DNA from: Pseudomonadota bacterium
GTDB lineage: Bacteria; SZUA-182; DTGQ01
Assembly: GCA_030625085.1 (NCBI GenBank)
Contig: DAOURK010000002.1
Coordinates: 31,871 to 95,870 of the forward strand
Direction: 5' to 3'
Length of the DNA stretch: 64,000 nucleotides
The first letter of the stretch is position 1. Every line of letters begins with the position of its first letter. The position numbers were made by a program, and so were the translations under genes. The notes under the pieces are model-generated. The model did no database searches. It was not told the DNA's origin and saw nothing but the letters and a program-made list of their open reading frames with translations. Shown here one piece after another: positions 30,464 to 40,430 of this stretch.

Positions 30464-33111
30464 TGCAGGTTATTACCAGCCATATTAACTCAGATTTTGA
30501 CTCACTGGCTTCTATGATTGCCGCTAAGAAATTATACCCTGAAGCCAGGCTGGTCTTCCCGGGTTCTTTGGAAGATAACCTCCGCTTTCTTTTAAAAATG
30601 CCTAAGTACCAGGTTGAGCATGTAAAAATTCGGGACATCCCCTTAGAAAAAATCGACCTTTTGGTGTTGGTTGATACTAAACTTGCTGATCGAATTGGAA
30701 AATTTTCTCAAATTTTAAAGCGCCCACATCTTCAAATCCACATCTATGATCATCATCCCTCACATGCCAAAGACATTCATGGAAATTTGGAGGTAATTAA
30801 ACCTTATGGATCTACAGCTACTATTTTTACAGAATTGTTGCAAAAAAAAAATATCCCTATTTCTCCTCAAGAGGCAACCTTAATAGCTCTAGGCATTTAT
30901 GAAGACACCGGCCTTTTAACCTTTGCCTCTACTACCCCGGAAGACCTTCAGGCTGCAGCCTTTTTACTTTCTCAAGGAGCAAATCTTAATGTAATTTCTG
31001 ACCTCATTGATCGCAGCCTTACCAGTGAACAAATTTCCCTGCTCAATCTTCTTCTTCAATCCTTAGAGAAACACACCATTAATGGGATAGAAGTGTTGAT
31101 AAGTTCCGCTTCTGTAGACCGATATATTGGAGAGGTAGCTGTCTTGGCCCATAAAATTCGTGACATGGAAAGTGCTAATGTTCTCTTTATGCTTGTTCAA
31201 ATGGAAAATCGAATCCACCTAGTTGCCCGCAGCCGGATCCCCGAGGTCGATGTAGGAGATATCACCCATTTTTTTGGGGGAGGAGGTCATCACCACGCTG
31301 CTTCAGCAACCATCCGGGATGAACCACTTGTTCAATTCAAGGAATCCTTATTAGAGGTACTCCATAATCGAATCAAACCGGCCTTAACAGCAAAGGATAT
31401 TATGAGTTCTCCCATTAAATCTATTGTGCAAACACTTACCATCGACGAAGGGAAGAAAAAAATCAATCGATATAATGTCAATACCATGCCTGTCCTTGAT
31501 CAGCAGGGAAAACTATCCGGATTGATTACCCGTCAAACTATTGATAAGGCAATTCAACATGGTATGAAAGAATCTTTGGTTAAAGACTTCATGCAAAGTG
31601 ACCTGATAACTATCAATGAGGAGACCGGCATTGATCGAATTCGCGAATATATCATTGAAAGTAATCAAAGATTTCTTCCGGTCATACAAAAGGATCATTT
31701 AATCGGAGCCATTACAAAGACCGATCTTTTGCGGGCACTTCACGATTATATGGAGCAGCTTTCTCCTTTCAAACCCGTATTTGATTCAATCACGGATAAT
31801 AAAAGCAAAAATGTTGCCCGCCTTCTCCAGGAACGACTTCCTGAAAAATATCTTTCTATATTGCAGACCGCCGGACAAATTGCTGATGAACTGGGGATAT
31901 CAGCTTATGTGGTGGGAGGATTTGTGCGGGATTTGCTCTTGCGCCTTGATAACCTGGACATAGATTTGGTGATTGAAGGAAATGGCATCCTCTTTGCTGA
32001 ATATTTGGCACATAAAGTCCAGGGTCGATTAAAGGCACACCGCAGATTTGGAACTGCCGTGGTCATCTTCCCTAATGGATTTAAAATAGATATTGCTACT
32101 GCCAGAACTGAATATTATGAAAAGCCTGTAGCTCTTCCCCTCATAGAACTTAGCTCACTGAAACATGATTTATATCGCCGAGATTTTACTATCAACACCC
32201 TGGCCATTCGATTAAACACACCAAAATTTGGGCGGCTTATTGATTTCTTTGGCGGCAAAAGAGATCTTAAAGATAAAAAAATAAGAGTATTACACAGTCT
32301 CAGTTTTATAGAAGACCCAACCCGTGTTTTCCGGGCTATTCGATTTGAACAACGTTATGGCTTTAAAATCGGTAAAAATACACTGGGATTATTAAATAAC
32401 ACTGTTAAAATGGATTTATTGACCAAGTTACAGGGATATCGATTTTTTACAGAGCTTTATCTTATACTGCTGGAGGAGGACCCCATCAAGGCTATTAAAA
32501 GAATGGGGGAATTAAACCTCCTTAAATTTATTCATCCCCGCATCCACGGTAATGACCAATCATACCGGCTTTTATTAGAAATCAAAAAAATTATCAACTG
32601 GTATCATCTCCTGTATTTTGAAGAGCCAATTAAAAGCTGGTTTTTAGACTTTGTTGGTCTCACTGATCAACTGACCAGTGAAGAATTTCATGACATTTGC
32701 CGCAAATTTAAAATCAGTCAAAGATACCTTCCGGGACTTATGCAAGTTAAGATCAAACATCAAACCATATTAAAAGACTTAGCTTTTCACCGACAAGCAA
32801 AACCAAGCCGAATTTACAGAATCTTGCACCCATTCAGTATGGAAACATTATTATATACTATGGCCAAAAGCCCAAGTGAGGAAAGTAAGAAAAAAATTTC
32901 CCATTACCTTACTACTTTGAGACCAACCAAAATCTTTCTGACCGGTAAAAATCTTAAATCCATGGGGTACCAACCAGGCCCAATATTCAAAAAAATTCAA
33001 GAAACTCTCCTCGAGGCCAAATTGGACGGTGAAGTCAAAACCAAACAAGATGAGGTTAATTATGTAATCCAAAAATTTACAAGGCAGTCCTCGCCAAAAC
33101 TGAAATCATAA
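30463..33111 (+). CDS. Multidomain protein: DHH/DHHA1 phosphoesterase, two CBS domains, and a poly(A) polymerase / tRNA-nucleotidyltransferase head and body
   Basis: DHH motifs (DHH, GGGH as GGGGHHHAASA), two CBS pairs, and a Pol-beta-type NTase GGFVRDLLL...DIDLVIEG with a C-terminal tRNA-NT body. The ATG overlaps the pfkB stop (TAATG). Confidence 0.8.
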   Translation: MQVITSHINSDFDSLASMIAAKKLYPEARLVFPGSLEDNLRFLLKMPKYQVEHVKIRDIPLEKIDLLVLVDTKLADRIGKFSQILKRPHLQIHIYDHHPSHAKDIHGNLEVIKPYGSTATIFTELLQKKNIPISPQEATLIALGIYEDTGLLTFASTTPEDLQAAAFLLSQGANLNVISDLIDRSLTSEQISLLNLLLQSLEKHTINGIEVLISSASVDRYIGEVAVLAHKIRDMESANVLFMLVQMENRIHLVARSRIPEVDVGDITHFFGGGGHHHAASATIRDEPLVQFKESLLEVLHNRIKPALTAKDIMSSPIKSIVQTLTIDEGKKKINRYNVNTMPVLDQQGKLSGLITRQTIDKAIQHGMKESLVKDFMQSDLITINEETGIDRIREYIIESNQRFLPVIQKDHLIGAITKTDLLRALHDYMEQLSPFKPVFDSITDNKSKNVARLLQERLPEKYLSILQTAGQIADELGISAYVVGGFVRDLLLRLDNLDIDLVIEGNGILFAEYLAHKVQGRLKAHRRFGTAVVIFPNGFKIDIATARTEYYEKPVALPLIELSSLKHDLYRRDFTINTLAIRLNTPKFGRLIDFFGGKRDLKDKKIRVLHSLSFIEDPTRVFRAIRFEQRYGFKIGKNTLGLLNNTVKMDLLTKLQGYRFFTELYLILLEEDPIKAIKRMGELNLLKFIHPRIHGNDQSYRLLLEIKKIINWYHLLYFEEPIKSWFLDFVGLTDQLTSEEFHDICRKFKISQRYLPGLMQVKIKHQTILKDLAFHRQAKPSRIYRILHPFSMETLLYTMAKSPSEESKKKISHYLTTLRPTKIFLTGKNLKSMGYQPGPIFKKIQETLLEAKLDGEVKTKQDEVNYVIQKFTRQSSPKLKS

Positions 33112-33200
33112 GGCTTTAAATGAATTATAAGGCTTTGTTTAAACCATAAGACTTCACATGAACAGACGTCTATAATTAATGATTAAAATTTAAGGAATCT

Positions 33201-33893
33201 ATGGCAAATATAGGCAATTATATAAAAAGCATCAGCATTTCGGCGATTCCGATTCTTTTGGCTATTATTTTTCATGAAGTTGCTCATGGCTGGGTGGCTA
33301 ACAAATTAGGTGACCCGACAGCAAAAGTGGCGGGAAGATTAACCTTAAATCCATTGCCACACATTGATCTGTTCGGAACAATAATTTTACCGGCAATTCT
33401 ACTTATTACCCATGCCGGCATTTTATTTGGCTGGGCTAAACCGGTACCGGTTAACCCATATAACTTGAAAGACCCCAAAAAGGATATGATGTGGGTGGCA
33501 GCAGCAGGTCCAATAACCAATTTTATTCTAGCAATTGCCAGTGCTTTTTTACTCCGAATCCTAAATTCGCTGAATCCTGGACTTTTATTTCTATCATCTC
33601 CATTTACCCGAAAATTTACCTTCGGCAGTTCAATTCTCCAGCCATTAGCCTTAATGTGTATTGTCAGTATTCAAATTAATATTGTTTTGGGCGTATTTAA
33701 TCTAATTCCTATTCCCCCGGCCGATGGAGGACGAATTATGGTAGGAATATTACCCGCAAAACAGGCTGAAATTTACAGCAAAATTGAACCTTTAGGACTT
33801 ATTCTTCTTTTTGCTGTTATCTTATTTGAGAGTCGTGTCGGGATTCTAACCAGGATCTTTTCCTTTCTGACGCGTTTGCTTATCTGGATTTAA
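33201..33893 (+). CDS. Site-2 protease family (M50) membrane metalloprotease
   Basis: HEVAHG zinc motif inside a transmembrane helix. Multiple transmembrane segments. Confidence 0.75.
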   Translation: MANIGNYIKSISISAIPILLAIIFHEVAHGWVANKLGDPTAKVAGRLTLNPLPHIDLFGTIILPAILLITHAGILFGWAKPVPVNPYNLKDPKKDMMWVAAAGPITNFILAIASAFLLRILNSLNPGLLFLSSPFTRKFTFGSSILQPLALMCIVSIQINIVLGVFNLIPIPPADGGRIMVGILPAKQAEIYSKIEPLGLILLFAVILFESRVGILTRIFSFLTRLLIWI

Positions 33894-34218
33894 AATATTT
33901 TGAAGGTTAAAATTTAACCGTTAAAAATTAAAAGTTGAAAGCTAAAAATCGAGCATTGAAGGGGGGAAAGAAGAAGATAAAAAATAAAAATGAATACGGC
34001 TATGGTTATTAAAAAAAAATACCTTTCAACCAATCAGTAACTTTTGGAGAAATGAAAATCTGTACATCAAATAATATTTCATAAAAAAATTTAGTCTTTT
34101 CAGGAGAAAATAAAAAAAGTATGGCCATTAATTATGAAATTAATTGCATAAATCAGCACTTTTTTTCACAAGGAGGGCTTTAGATTAAAATAAGTTCCAC
34201 TGTTTACCCCAAAAAAAC

Positions 34219-34235
34219 CTGGCAGAAATATTGCA
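34219..34235 (+). promoter_or_regulatory. Sigma-54 (-24/-12) promoter
   Basis: CTGGCAGAAATATTGCA equals TGGCAg-N5-TTGCA with exact spacing. GGAGGTG lies at 34265 and the ATG at 34276. Confidence 0.55.
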
Positions 34236-34275
34236 GGCGATATAACCGGATTGATAAAGTATACGGAGGTGTAAA

Positions 34276-35472
34276 ATGATACAAAATTTAAACAAAAGGT
34301 TTTTGAAAATTATTTATCCTGTTTTTCTTTTAATTCTGTGTTTTATTCTATTATATCCTCAAAACGGTTCGGCTCAGTTTATGCCGTTTTTCGGTGCCCC
34401 TTATTCCGGCTTTGGCGCCCCTCCTGGCGGCTTCGGTGCCCCTTATTCCGGCTTTGGCGCTCCTCCTGGCGGCTTCGGTGCCCCTTATTCCGGCTTTGGC
34501 GCTCCTCCTGGCGGTTTCGGTGCCCCTTATTCTGACTTTGGCGCCCCTCCTGGCGGTTTCGGGAATTTCGGTATACCTGGTCAATTCGGTATGCCTGGTC
34601 AGTTCAATATGCCTGGTCAATTCGGTATGCCTGGTCAGTTCAATATGCCTGGTCAGTTCAATATGCCTGGTCAATTCGGTATGCCTGGTCAATTCGGTAT
34701 GCCTGGTCAATTCGGTATGCCTGGTCAATTCGGTATGCCTGGTCAGTTCAATATGCCTGGTCAATTCGGTATGCCTGGCGGCTTCGGTATGGCTGGTCAG
34801 TTCAATATGCCTGGTCAATTCGGTATGCCTGGTCAGTTCGGTATGGCTGGTCAGTTCGGTATGCCTGGCGGCTTCGGTATGGCTGGTCAATGGAACCCAT
34901 TTTCACCTTTTCCTACCTGGAATGATCCTTACTCTAGCGGAGGTAGTAGCGGCGGCGGTAGTTCCTCTACAACAAAAACGAGAGTGAACGGTACCTGGGA
35001 AGGTACATATGAGATTTGGGAATTTGATGAAGAATGGGATAAAGTAAGAACGGATAATATAAAAATGGTTTTGAACCAAAAATCAGGGGAATCACTGGTA
35101 ACAGGTCACGTGATTGTTAAAAACTTCTGGAATTTTATTGAAGGCTCCTGGAAAGATGATGATGGTTATATCGACGGTTTAGGTAATAGTTCAAAAGGAT
35201 ATATTTCTAATGGGGCGGTAACCTATAACAATGATAACACAATTAAAACTATTTCAATCCCTGCAAGATTTCACCCCGATTTAACTGATTCATCAGACAC
35301 TACTGATGATGAACCTTATTGGTGGATATTTCGTCCTGTACTTGAAAATAATAACCTTACTGCTCAATATACTGATACACCTAATTCTTATATAACAACG
35401 CCTATAATAACTGATGATAGTGGTCCTACCTATCTATCTTTTAATATTAGTATTACGATGGTTAAACAATAA
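34276..35472 (+). CDS. Secreted FG-repeat protein: signal peptide, four copies of GAPYSGFGAPPGGFG, about 25 copies of MPGQF(G/N), and a C-terminal globular domain of about 170 aa
   Basis: The protein sequence is highly repetitive. The DNA shows 18-bp and 15-bp tandem units across 34380-34900. Confidence 0.65.
   Translation: MIQNLNKRFLKIIYPVFLLILCFILLYPQNGSAQFMPFFGAPYSGFGAPPGGFGAPYSGFGAPPGGFGAPYSGFGAPPGGFGAPYSDFGAPPGGFGNFGIPGQFGMPGQFNMPGQFGMPGQFNMPGQFNMPGQFGMPGQFGMPGQFGMPGQFGMPGQFNMPGQFGMPGGFGMAGQFNMPGQFGMPGQFGMAGQFGMPGGFGMAGQWNPFSPFPTWNDPYSSGGSSGGGSSSTTKTRVNGTWEGTYEIWEFDEEWDKVRTDNIKMVLNQKSGESLVTGHVIVKNFWNFIEGSWKDDDGYIDGLGNSSKGYISNGAVTYNNDNTIKTISIPARFHPDLTDSSDTTDDEPYWWIFRPVLENNNLTAQYTDTPNSYITTPIITDDSGPTYLSFNISITMVKQ
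34380..34900 (+). repeat. In-frame coding tandem repeats (15/18/45-bp units)
   Basis: TTCGGTATGCCTGGTCAA / TTCAATATGCCTGGTCAG units tile contiguously with no spacers. Confidence 0.8.
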
Positions 35473-35594
35473 CTATTTTCTCTGACTAAAAGGATTTAAG
35501 TAAATTTTTAAGGCCAAAGGAGGTGAATGGTCGAAATAAAAAATTTTCATTAAACGTAAAGTGAATAATAAATTAAGCTAAGGAATAAAGAAGG

Positions 35595-36401
35595 TTGGTG
35601 AACGTTATGAAAAATAAATGGTTTTTGAAAGGATTTATGTTTTGTTTAGCTTTTATGGCTATTATTGTCCTGACCTATACGGCAAGTTTTGGATATTATG
35701 GTGGTGTGCCTTATAGTCAGGAAACTTCATTCCAAACGGGAAATCTTTTTTCCGATTATACTCTTGACACCAGTTTTTACTCCACTTTTGGGCTTCAAAC
35801 ATCCTCTTATAATGAAAATTTTGCAAACCCTTATGCTACTTTATCCAGTACGGGCTCTACTTATAACGATATGTTTTCTACTGCTGGGGAGCAATCCTTT
35901 AACTATAATAATATTTTTGGCTTCAGTCTTGATATGGGTTCATATAGTTATCAAGATCCAGTATTTTCTACCAGCGGTGAACATGTCTACGCAGGGACTG
36001 CTTTTGCTTCATTTGGGAGTGAATATGATATTACCCAAAGTGTTGTGGGAGGCAGCTTTCAGGCTGGGAGTTATTTTGACGCACCATGGACACATTATGA
36101 ATCTGAATATGCCGCGGGGTACGGAATGAGTACTTTTCCCTATGGACAAGCAGCCGGCGGCGCTTCTATCGCTTATGGGAAAAACCCTATGTTTAGTTTC
36201 AATCCGGAAATTAGTGGTCTAATGAGTTTGATAACCTATGGATCCTCGATGACTGAAATTGGTCGAGCAATGGGGGATACTCCTATGTATACCTCAGGTG
36301 GTATGGCATTTTACGGGAATCCTTACTATTTTAACCCCTATAATGCTTCCGGGTGGCATTTCGATGCAGGAGTTACAACTAACACTGTCGTGACCCCATA
36401 G
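35595..36401 (+). CDS. Secreted Tyr/Ser/Thr/Gly/Phe-rich low-complexity protein
   Basis: Signal peptide. The composition is prion-like / QN-poor YSG-rich throughout (GYYGGVPYSQETSFQTGNLFSDYTLDTSFY...). Confidence 0.55.
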   Translation: MVNVMKNKWFLKGFMFCLAFMAIIVLTYTASFGYYGGVPYSQETSFQTGNLFSDYTLDTSFYSTFGLQTSSYNENFANPYATLSSTGSTYNDMFSTAGEQSFNYNNIFGFSLDMGSYSYQDPVFSTSGEHVYAGTAFASFGSEYDITQSVVGGSFQAGSYFDAPWTHYESEYAAGYGMSTFPYGQAAGGASIAYGKNPMFSFNPEISGLMSLITYGSSMTEIGRAMGDTPMYTSGGMAFYGNPYYFNPYNASGWHFDAGVTTNTVVTP

Positions 36402-36530
36402 TAGATTTTACTTATCATAATTTATAGTAAGACTTTATATAGCAAATTTTCCCCGTGATGTGTTAATGCCAAATTGTAACTGGTAACCTATTATTACCGG
36501 CAACGCCTAAATTTTAAAAAATCAATCAAT

Positions 36531-36580
36531 ACCCGCTCCGAAAGTCAGGTAATAAAAACTTTCCGAGCGGGTTTTTCTTA
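36531..36580 (+). terminator. Rho-independent terminator
   Basis: 14-bp stem CCCGCTCCGAAAGT / ACTTTCCGAGCGGG with one mismatch, followed by TTTTTCTT. Confidence 0.6.
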
Positions 36581-36813
36581 TCTATCGATAAAATCCTCGG
36601 CTACACACCCCCTGCTTTATCATGTGGCCATAAATAGTTTTCCCGGTTTTTTATTTTGACATATAAAACAGGGTATGTTTTAATAGGTTATTGAAACTAT
36701 TAAAGAAACTAGTTTTTTACATGCACGGTAATAAGTGGAATTGATGAGTATATGAAAAGGCATCATTTTCACAACATTACCAAGATAATCAGTACTCTCA
36801 AAATTGATGGGCC

Positions 36814-38988
36814 ATGATAAGAATTTCGGATATTACTGATAGAGTCCAATCGTATAATCCTTCATCCGACATTGATATTATTAATCGAGCCTATGTCTTT
36901 TCTGCTAAGGTTCACAAAGGGCAGGTTCGACTCTCCGGAGAACCTTATTTAAATCATCCCCTGGAAGTATCCGGAATTCTCACTGAATTCAAGCTGGACG
37001 AGGTGACAGTAGCGGTTGGATTATTGCACGATACTATTGAAGATACCCTCGCTACAGAAGAAGAAATCCGTGATCTTTTTGGTGAAGAGGTTTTATTCCT
37101 GGTCAATGGAGTAACAAAAATCAGCCGGATTTCATTTTCCTCCCATGAAGAAAAACAAGCAGAAAATTTTCGAAAAATGATTCTAGCTATGGCCAAGGAT
37201 ATTCGAGTTATCTTAATTAAGCTTGGAGATAGACTGCACAACATGCGGACCTTAAAACATCTTCCAAAAGAAAAACAAATTCGCATTGCCCAAGAAACTA
37301 TGGATATCTACGCACCTTTTGCCAATCGATTGGGTATAGCCAGGATGAAATCCGAATTGGAGGACTTGGCTTTACAATATCTGGAGCCGGAAATCTATAA
37401 TGAACTCTCTCAAAAGATTTCTCATCGAGCTAAACAGCATCAAAAAATAATTGATGAAGCTATCCAAACCATTCAAACCAAGCTTAAAGAATATAACATT
37501 GAGACGGTTGTTAAAGGACGGACCAAGCACTTTTGCAGTATCTACCAAAAAATGAAACGAAAAGGGGTTCCTCCGGATCAAATATTTGACATTATGGGCG
37601 TTCGCATTATTACCAACAATATTCGAGATTGTTATGCCGCACTGGGGGTAATGCACTCGATCTGGACCCCTCTTCCGGGGGAATTTGATGATTATATTGC
37701 CATGCCCAAACCTAACATGTACCAATCTCTTCATACTGTGGTCATGGGCCAGGTAGGGCATCCCCTGGAGATCCAAATTCGAACCCATGAAATGCATCAC
37801 ACAGCCGAAGAAGGAATCGCTGCCCATTGGCGTTATAAAGAAAAGGATAAATTTGATAAAAAATATGATGAGCGCTTTATCTGGCTACGGCAGCTTATGG
37901 AATGGCAACAAAATCTGAAAGATCCAAAAGAATTCTTGGAAATGATGAAAGTGGATTTATTCCACGACGAAGTATACGTATTTACCCCCAAAGGGACGGT
38001 CAAAGGATTCCCTCAAAATGCCACCCCTATTGATTTTGCTTACGCCATCCACTCGGAAATTGGCCATCACTGCCTTGGGGCTAAGGTCAACGGCCGTATG
38101 GTTCCCCTCAATTATAAATTAATAACCAGTGACATAGTTGAAATTATCACCTCTACAAATCACCATCCAAGTAGAGACTGGTTAAAAATTGTCAAAACTA
38201 CGAAAGCCATTCAAAGAATCAAACATTGGTTAAAAACAGAGGAAAAGGAACACAGCAAAGCCCTGGGTAATGAAATTCTCAAAAAAGAATTAACCAAATA
38301 TGGCTTAACTCATTCAAAAACGAGTAAAAGTGGAGAATTACTTAAAGTAGCCAAGCGGTTTGGGTTTGTCGAAGAAGAAGAGCTTATTATTGATATCGGC
38401 TATGGTAAAATCACGGCTAAGCACGTCCTTGGAGAACTCCTCCCTCAAGAAAAACTTCAACCCCGATCAGAGCCCTCAAAATTAAAAAAGGCCCTTAATA
38501 AACTTACCAGACCTAAGGATCAGAGTATAAAAATCAAGGGAATGAACGATGTTATGGCCCATTTTGGGAAATGCTGTAACCCTATTCCGGGGGATAAAAT
38601 TGTAGGATTTATTACGCGAGGCCGCGGAGTTTCTGTCCACAGGAACAATTGCCCTAATGTTAACCCCCTTCTTTACGGCACTGAACGTCTTATAGAGGTT
38701 ACCTGGGATGTGAAAAAAAATATGCCCTACCACGTTGAAATTGATGTTCTTTGTATTGATAAAGCGGGCTTACTAGCCAAAATTACTGCGGCCATCTCTC
38801 AAGGAAGGGTCAACATCATTCATGCCGATATAAAAACCACTCAAGATATGCAGGCCACCTGCCGGTTTTGTCTGGAGATCACTAACCTTAAACAATTACA
38901 AAAGGTTATAGCCTCCATTAAAACAATCAATGACGTTACTGTGGTATATCGGACCTCTGCTTTAGCTAAAAATAAAATAGCCAAATAA
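36814..38988 (+). CDS. relA/spoT: Bifunctional (p)ppGpp synthetase/hydrolase
   Basis: HD hydrolase domain (HKGQ...HPLEV), RelA/SpoT synthetase domain, and TGS and ACT domains. Length 724 aa. Confidence 0.9.
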   Translation: MIRISDITDRVQSYNPSSDIDIINRAYVFSAKVHKGQVRLSGEPYLNHPLEVSGILTEFKLDEVTVAVGLLHDTIEDTLATEEEIRDLFGEEVLFLVNGVTKISRISFSSHEEKQAENFRKMILAMAKDIRVILIKLGDRLHNMRTLKHLPKEKQIRIAQETMDIYAPFANRLGIARMKSELEDLALQYLEPEIYNELSQKISHRAKQHQKIIDEAIQTIQTKLKEYNIETVVKGRTKHFCSIYQKMKRKGVPPDQIFDIMGVRIITNNIRDCYAALGVMHSIWTPLPGEFDDYIAMPKPNMYQSLHTVVMGQVGHPLEIQIRTHEMHHTAEEGIAAHWRYKEKDKFDKKYDERFIWLRQLMEWQQNLKDPKEFLEMMKVDLFHDEVYVFTPKGTVKGFPQNATPIDFAYAIHSEIGHHCLGAKVNGRMVPLNYKLITSDIVEIITSTNHHPSRDWLKIVKTTKAIQRIKHWLKTEEKEHSKALGNEILKKELTKYGLTHSKTSKSGELLKVAKRFGFVEEEELIIDIGYGKITAKHVLGELLPQEKLQPRSEPSKLKKALNKLTRPKDQSIKIKGMNDVMAHFGKCCNPIPGDKIVGFITRGRGVSVHRNNCPNVNPLLYGTERLIEVTWDVKKNMPYHVEIDVLCIDKAGLLAKITAAISQGRVNIIHADIKTTQDMQATCRFCLEITNLKQLQKVIASIKTINDVTVVYRTSALAKNKIAK

Positions 38989-39001
38989 TTCGACCATTTT
39001 T

Positions 39002-39193
39002 TTATCCGGCTTTCTGTATTTTTCCACTTCGAATACAACGAGTGCACACATTCAATCGTTTGGCAGCACCTTTTACTAAAACACGCACTTTCTGAATATT
39101 GGGAAACCAGCGCCTTTTCGTTTTATTATGAGCATGACTTATAGTATGACCGAACTGTGATCCTTTACCGCAAATATCACATTTCCGCGCCAT
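39002..39193 (-). CDS. rpmB: 50S ribosomal protein L28
   Basis: MARKCDICGKG...HAHNKTKRR; 63 aa. Confidence 0.85.
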   Translation of the reverse strand: MARKCDICGKGSQFGHTISHAHNKTKRRWFPNIQKVRVLVKGAAKRLNVCTRCIRSGKIQKAG

Positions 39194-39371
39194 GGGATGA
39201 GACCTCCTTTTAAATCCTTTTAGAATATATTATCGTTAAATTCTTCCACAAATAACTAGCTTTTTCTCTGAAGGGGCTGTATACTACCACGAAATTTAAA
39301 ACAGTGCAATCGTTATTTCAGCAATTCTCATTATATGGTCTCGATTTGAATAAAAGTTGGCAGAATGTCCG

Positions 39372-39415
39372 CTTTTGCCAACTTTCCTCTTTTTTTGATA
39401 ATGTGAATTGATGAC
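39372..39415 (+). terminator. Terminator-like hairpin in the rpmB / 39447 intergenic region
   Basis: 10-bp stem AAAGTTGGCA / TGCCAACTTT followed by CCTCTTTTTTT. It could be an attenuator or the end of an unannotated sRNA. Confidence 0.3.
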
Positions 39416-39446
39416 TTATTAAAACCGAATTTTTACCTTTGGTAAA

Positions 39447-40325
39447 ATGCAAAAACAACAAGAAATATCAAAAAAATATTTACTGCTCCTTTTCCTGTAT
39501 GGAATTTTTGCCTTTATATTTTTCTGCATAATTCTTTTCCCAAAAGAACAGTTAGTTCGTCACGCTATGCACTTACTTTCAGAACGACTGAATTGTACAA
39601 TCACAACTCAAGATGTACAAATTCATTTTCCCGGCAAACTGGAACTAAGGGAGGTTAAAATAATGGGGAAACAGGCTGATGCAGAAGCGACCCCGTTGCT
39701 TTACCTTGAAAAGATACACATAAGACCAAAACTAAGCCAGCTCTTTCTAAAAAAAATTAACCTCCTGTTTAACCTCCACCTTTACCATGGAAATCTTAAT
39801 GGAAGCGCCAATTTTGATCTTTTTCACCCCCAAAAGCTTCTGGACCTCCACTGTATTGTCCGGGAAATACAACTAAGTGATATAAAACAAATTCAAGAAT
39901 TATTCAATATTCACTTTACCGGAAAATTTTCTGCTGAGGCCAAGATAAAATCATCCCAAAATAATCTCTTAAATGGGACTGGAGAATATACCTTCACCAT
40001 TACTCCCGGGGATGCTCAGATTATGAATTTCCCCAATTTTACTTTTCAACGCATTCAAGGGGATGGAAATCTCAACCAGGGCACAGTCAAAATCCAATCC
40101 ATACGGATTCAAAGTGATGAACTCCAAGCTCAGATTAGTGGAGACTTGAGATTAGCGCAAAATATCGCCAAAAGCTATCTAAACACAAGGGTTCACCTTA
40201 AACTTACCCAAAAATTACAAAAGAGATTAGGTGCCCTGGCCAGCCTTTTACCCAGGCAAAACAAGGGTGGAATCCGTTTAAATATCAAAGGAAACCTCAA
40301 CGCTCTAACCTTCAGGCCAATATAA
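39447..40325 (+). CDS. Hypothetical membrane-anchored protein (GspN/AsmA-like?)
   Basis: N-terminal transmembrane helix, then a beta-rich region of about 260 aa. The resemblance to type II secretion GspN-like proteins is weak and unverified. Confidence 0.45.
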   Translation: MQKQQEISKKYLLLLFLYGIFAFIFFCIILFPKEQLVRHAMHLLSERLNCTITTQDVQIHFPGKLELREVKIMGKQADAEATPLLYLEKIHIRPKLSQLFLKKINLLFNLHLYHGNLNGSANFDLFHPQKLLDLHCIVREIQLSDIKQIQELFNIHFTGKFSAEAKIKSSQNNLLNGTGEYTFTITPGDAQIMNFPNFTFQRIQGDGNLNQGTVKIQSIRIQSDELQAQISGDLRLAQNIAKSYLNTRVHLKLTQKLQKRLGALASLLPRQNKGGIRLNIKGNLNALTFRPI

Positions 40326-40430
40326 AGTAACGCTTTTTCATAATCACAATTTATGGCCTTGCCAAGTATATAAAAAAATGGCCAAAAAGCTACATAGATT
40401 AAATAAAGAAACACATACACCACCTAATGG

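Noticed and set aside
31200-31300. His-run GGGGHHHAASA as a possible engineered tag
   Set aside because: It is the native GGGH motif of the DHHA1 domain. Likewise, HHHHQ in PilT replaces the usual acidic patch.
34351-34890. 179-aa minus-strand ORF (TELTRH repeats) and plus-strand alternate-frame ORFs 34338..34535 and 34394..34987
   Set aside because: All of them lie inside the tandem-repeat DNA of the FG-repeat gene. Repeats keep every frame open. The frame with a signal peptide, the sigma-54 promoter and an RBS is 34276..35472.
34380-34900. Regular 15-18 bp periodicity that could be mistaken for a CRISPR-like array
   Set aside because: The units are contiguous with no unique spacers. They stay in frame with a long ORF and encode MPGQFG/N repeats.
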